A stretch of 64,000 nucleotides of DNA from Thermoplasmatota archaeon (lineage in GTDB: Archaea > Thermoplasmatota > Penumbrarchaeia > Penumbrarchaeales > Penumbrarchaeaceae): assembly GCA_025457865.1 (NCBI GenBank), contig JALOTP010000005.1, positions 5,596-69,595 of the forward strand, in the 5' to 3' direction. This document shows, piece by piece, positions 63,701 to 64,000 of this stretch. Both the position numbers and the translations under genes were made by a program. The notes under the pieces were generated by a model, which worked only from the letters and a program-made list of their open reading frames with translations, did not search any database and was not told the DNA's origin. How positions within the stretch are numbered: position 1 is the first letter of the stretch; every line of letters begins with the position of its first letter.

Positions 63701-64000
63701 TCGATCTCGGGTAGCAGCTATGGCACGGACATCCACTGTACAGGCTCATTGGTCATTGACAGCGACGCAACATCGTTCTCATACTACGTCGATTTCTATG
63801 ACAAGGATTGGAACTGGGTCGAGACCAGCTGGGTCGATATAGATGTCGAGGATAACGACGCGCCCGAGCTGGTTTCCATTGACAACCCGGACGCGACCAC
63901 AGGGGATCCGTTCCACTTCGAACTAAACATATACGATAACATAGATGGAGCACAGGTCGAAAAGGCCTATGTCATGCGCTCCTACAACAACAACTGGGGA
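60731..64000 (+). CDS. Large secreted SBBP-repeat (beta-propeller) protein with Ig-like domains; runs off window edge
   Basis: Not in ORF track, consistent with no stop before the window end. RBS AGGTGG; MIKGTFSIYAAVFLMVSTALVALVAVG signal; FTENAGQW; repeats YLTGYT.S.NFP.T.GAY and Y.TYLGGS. Confidence 0.88.
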   Translation, partial: MIKGTFSIYAAVFLMVSTALVALVAVGQPDSPMGDAPKAFVPQVEAPSMNGYFTENAGQWNNGLSFIAGTGYGRAGLAQDMVYMDFFTKVPEPKPLAEGEMISIDPDLSEQEYEGHVISLTFEGANGVLPTGEDRLGWNNNYFYGNDPEGWRTDVGNYQTAVYYGLYNGVDLRYYFSEEGMKYDLILAPGVDPSVIKVSVDGAMDLRVDERILTIDLDGEHKVTDSDLKSWYNDGSAQPIRSSFVKLDQKTYGFKLSNYDQMRGAVIDPVYYSTLVDGSTTSTTCYGRGVGVGSDGCAVMAGYTSDTAFCVTTGAYRTSNQGGTDCVAAKLNYAGTALVYATYLGGSSTEIPYAAAVDVNGNAYLTGYTGSSNFPVTSGAYDTTYTTTCTYVAKINAAGNGLGYATYIGDSGYGYTIDVDSSGQAYVSGYTSDTNYPTTSNAYDRSHNGGADAPVVKLNAAGSSLLYSSFFGGGNSDYGYDITCDNSGYVYLTGYTYNDTSTFVNLPTTTGAYDRTHNGYYDAYAAKFNTGSSGTSSLVFSTFLGCSDYDYGYGIDFDNSGNVYVSGYTYYVTTGPFFPITSGAFQTTHKGGSYDLFITKFNSGATGLVYSTFIGGSGTDYCYWGTLKVSKTNGYAYLSGYDYSSDFPTTSDALQRTISTTPDAYFLNLSASGSTMNYCTFLGGSSTDVAYNMAIDKFDNCYLTGYTASTNFPTTSGAYKTTYSYYDPYIFKIGGTMTENVPPYVVSDLSTTTAYSGQSFTFSASISDNVGVMRAYVEYWVDTGSHTNVTLGAINPYSVIRTLPSSLGTLYYKFTAYDYFGNWMTSSTYTKLLLDGTPPTVSGIYMSPTPYTGSTTTVYATVTDNVAVNPAAVRVYFRDANQGSYTSAIMTNSGGSSYDYTISIGNTWTRIYYYITAADYSGNTRTSSTYNVYVYDNIAPTIVSDDSDTEATTGDVFNFDIVVNDNTYLYYADCYYSYDDWWASYNYMGLSISGSSYGTDIHCTGSLVIDSDATSFSYYVDFYDKDWNWVETSWVDIDVEDNDAPELVSIDNPDATTGDPFHFELNIYDNIDGAQVEKAYVMRSYNNNWG

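Overview
Core chromosomal segment of an archaeon, most likely Thermoplasmatota. The evidence is archaeal ribosomal proteins, RadA, Pelota, archease, Gar1 and Cdc48 together with bacterial-type gyrase and DUF3198/DUF5611/DUF2240-like genes; GC is roughly 50-58% by eye. It holds about 50 protein genes, 3 tRNAs (Arg-UCU, intron-containing Trp-CCA, Gly-CCC), a surface-glycan cluster with a low-GC insert, and several large secreted or membrane-anchored Ig/PKD/beta-propeller proteins. Three CDSs are absent from the ORF track: eL41 at 838-942, a C25-type peptidase running off the left edge, and an SBBP-repeat protein running off the right edge. Main non-coding signals: (i) a probable replication origin at ~18.59-18.90 kb (ORB-like boxes around a ~91% AT unwinding element, no adjacent orc1/cdc6); (ii) a 19-bp alternating purine-pyrimidine, Z-DNA-prone tract abutting the putative gyrBA TATA box, a candidate supercoiling sensor; (iii) an unannotated ~186-nt structured RNA (8195-8380, minus) with H/ACA-like hairpins; (iv) a box C/D guide in the tRNA-Trp intron whose two guides match the unspliced and spliced tRNA respectively; (v) a small palindromic element duplicating the tRNA-Trp 3' end. 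The best candidate for an undescribed protein system is a coupled minus-strand cluster: J-domain protein, RNase H-fold protein, Cdc48 (HbYX tail), PRC-barrel, HisA-like barrel, DUF2240 and a helical-repeat/JAMM isopeptidase fusion. Several apparent pseudoenzymes occur (His-less kinase, RNase HI, Zn-PLC-like domain, HisA-like). No CRISPR array, transposase or integrase was seen. All family calls are by motif recognition only; no searches were run.
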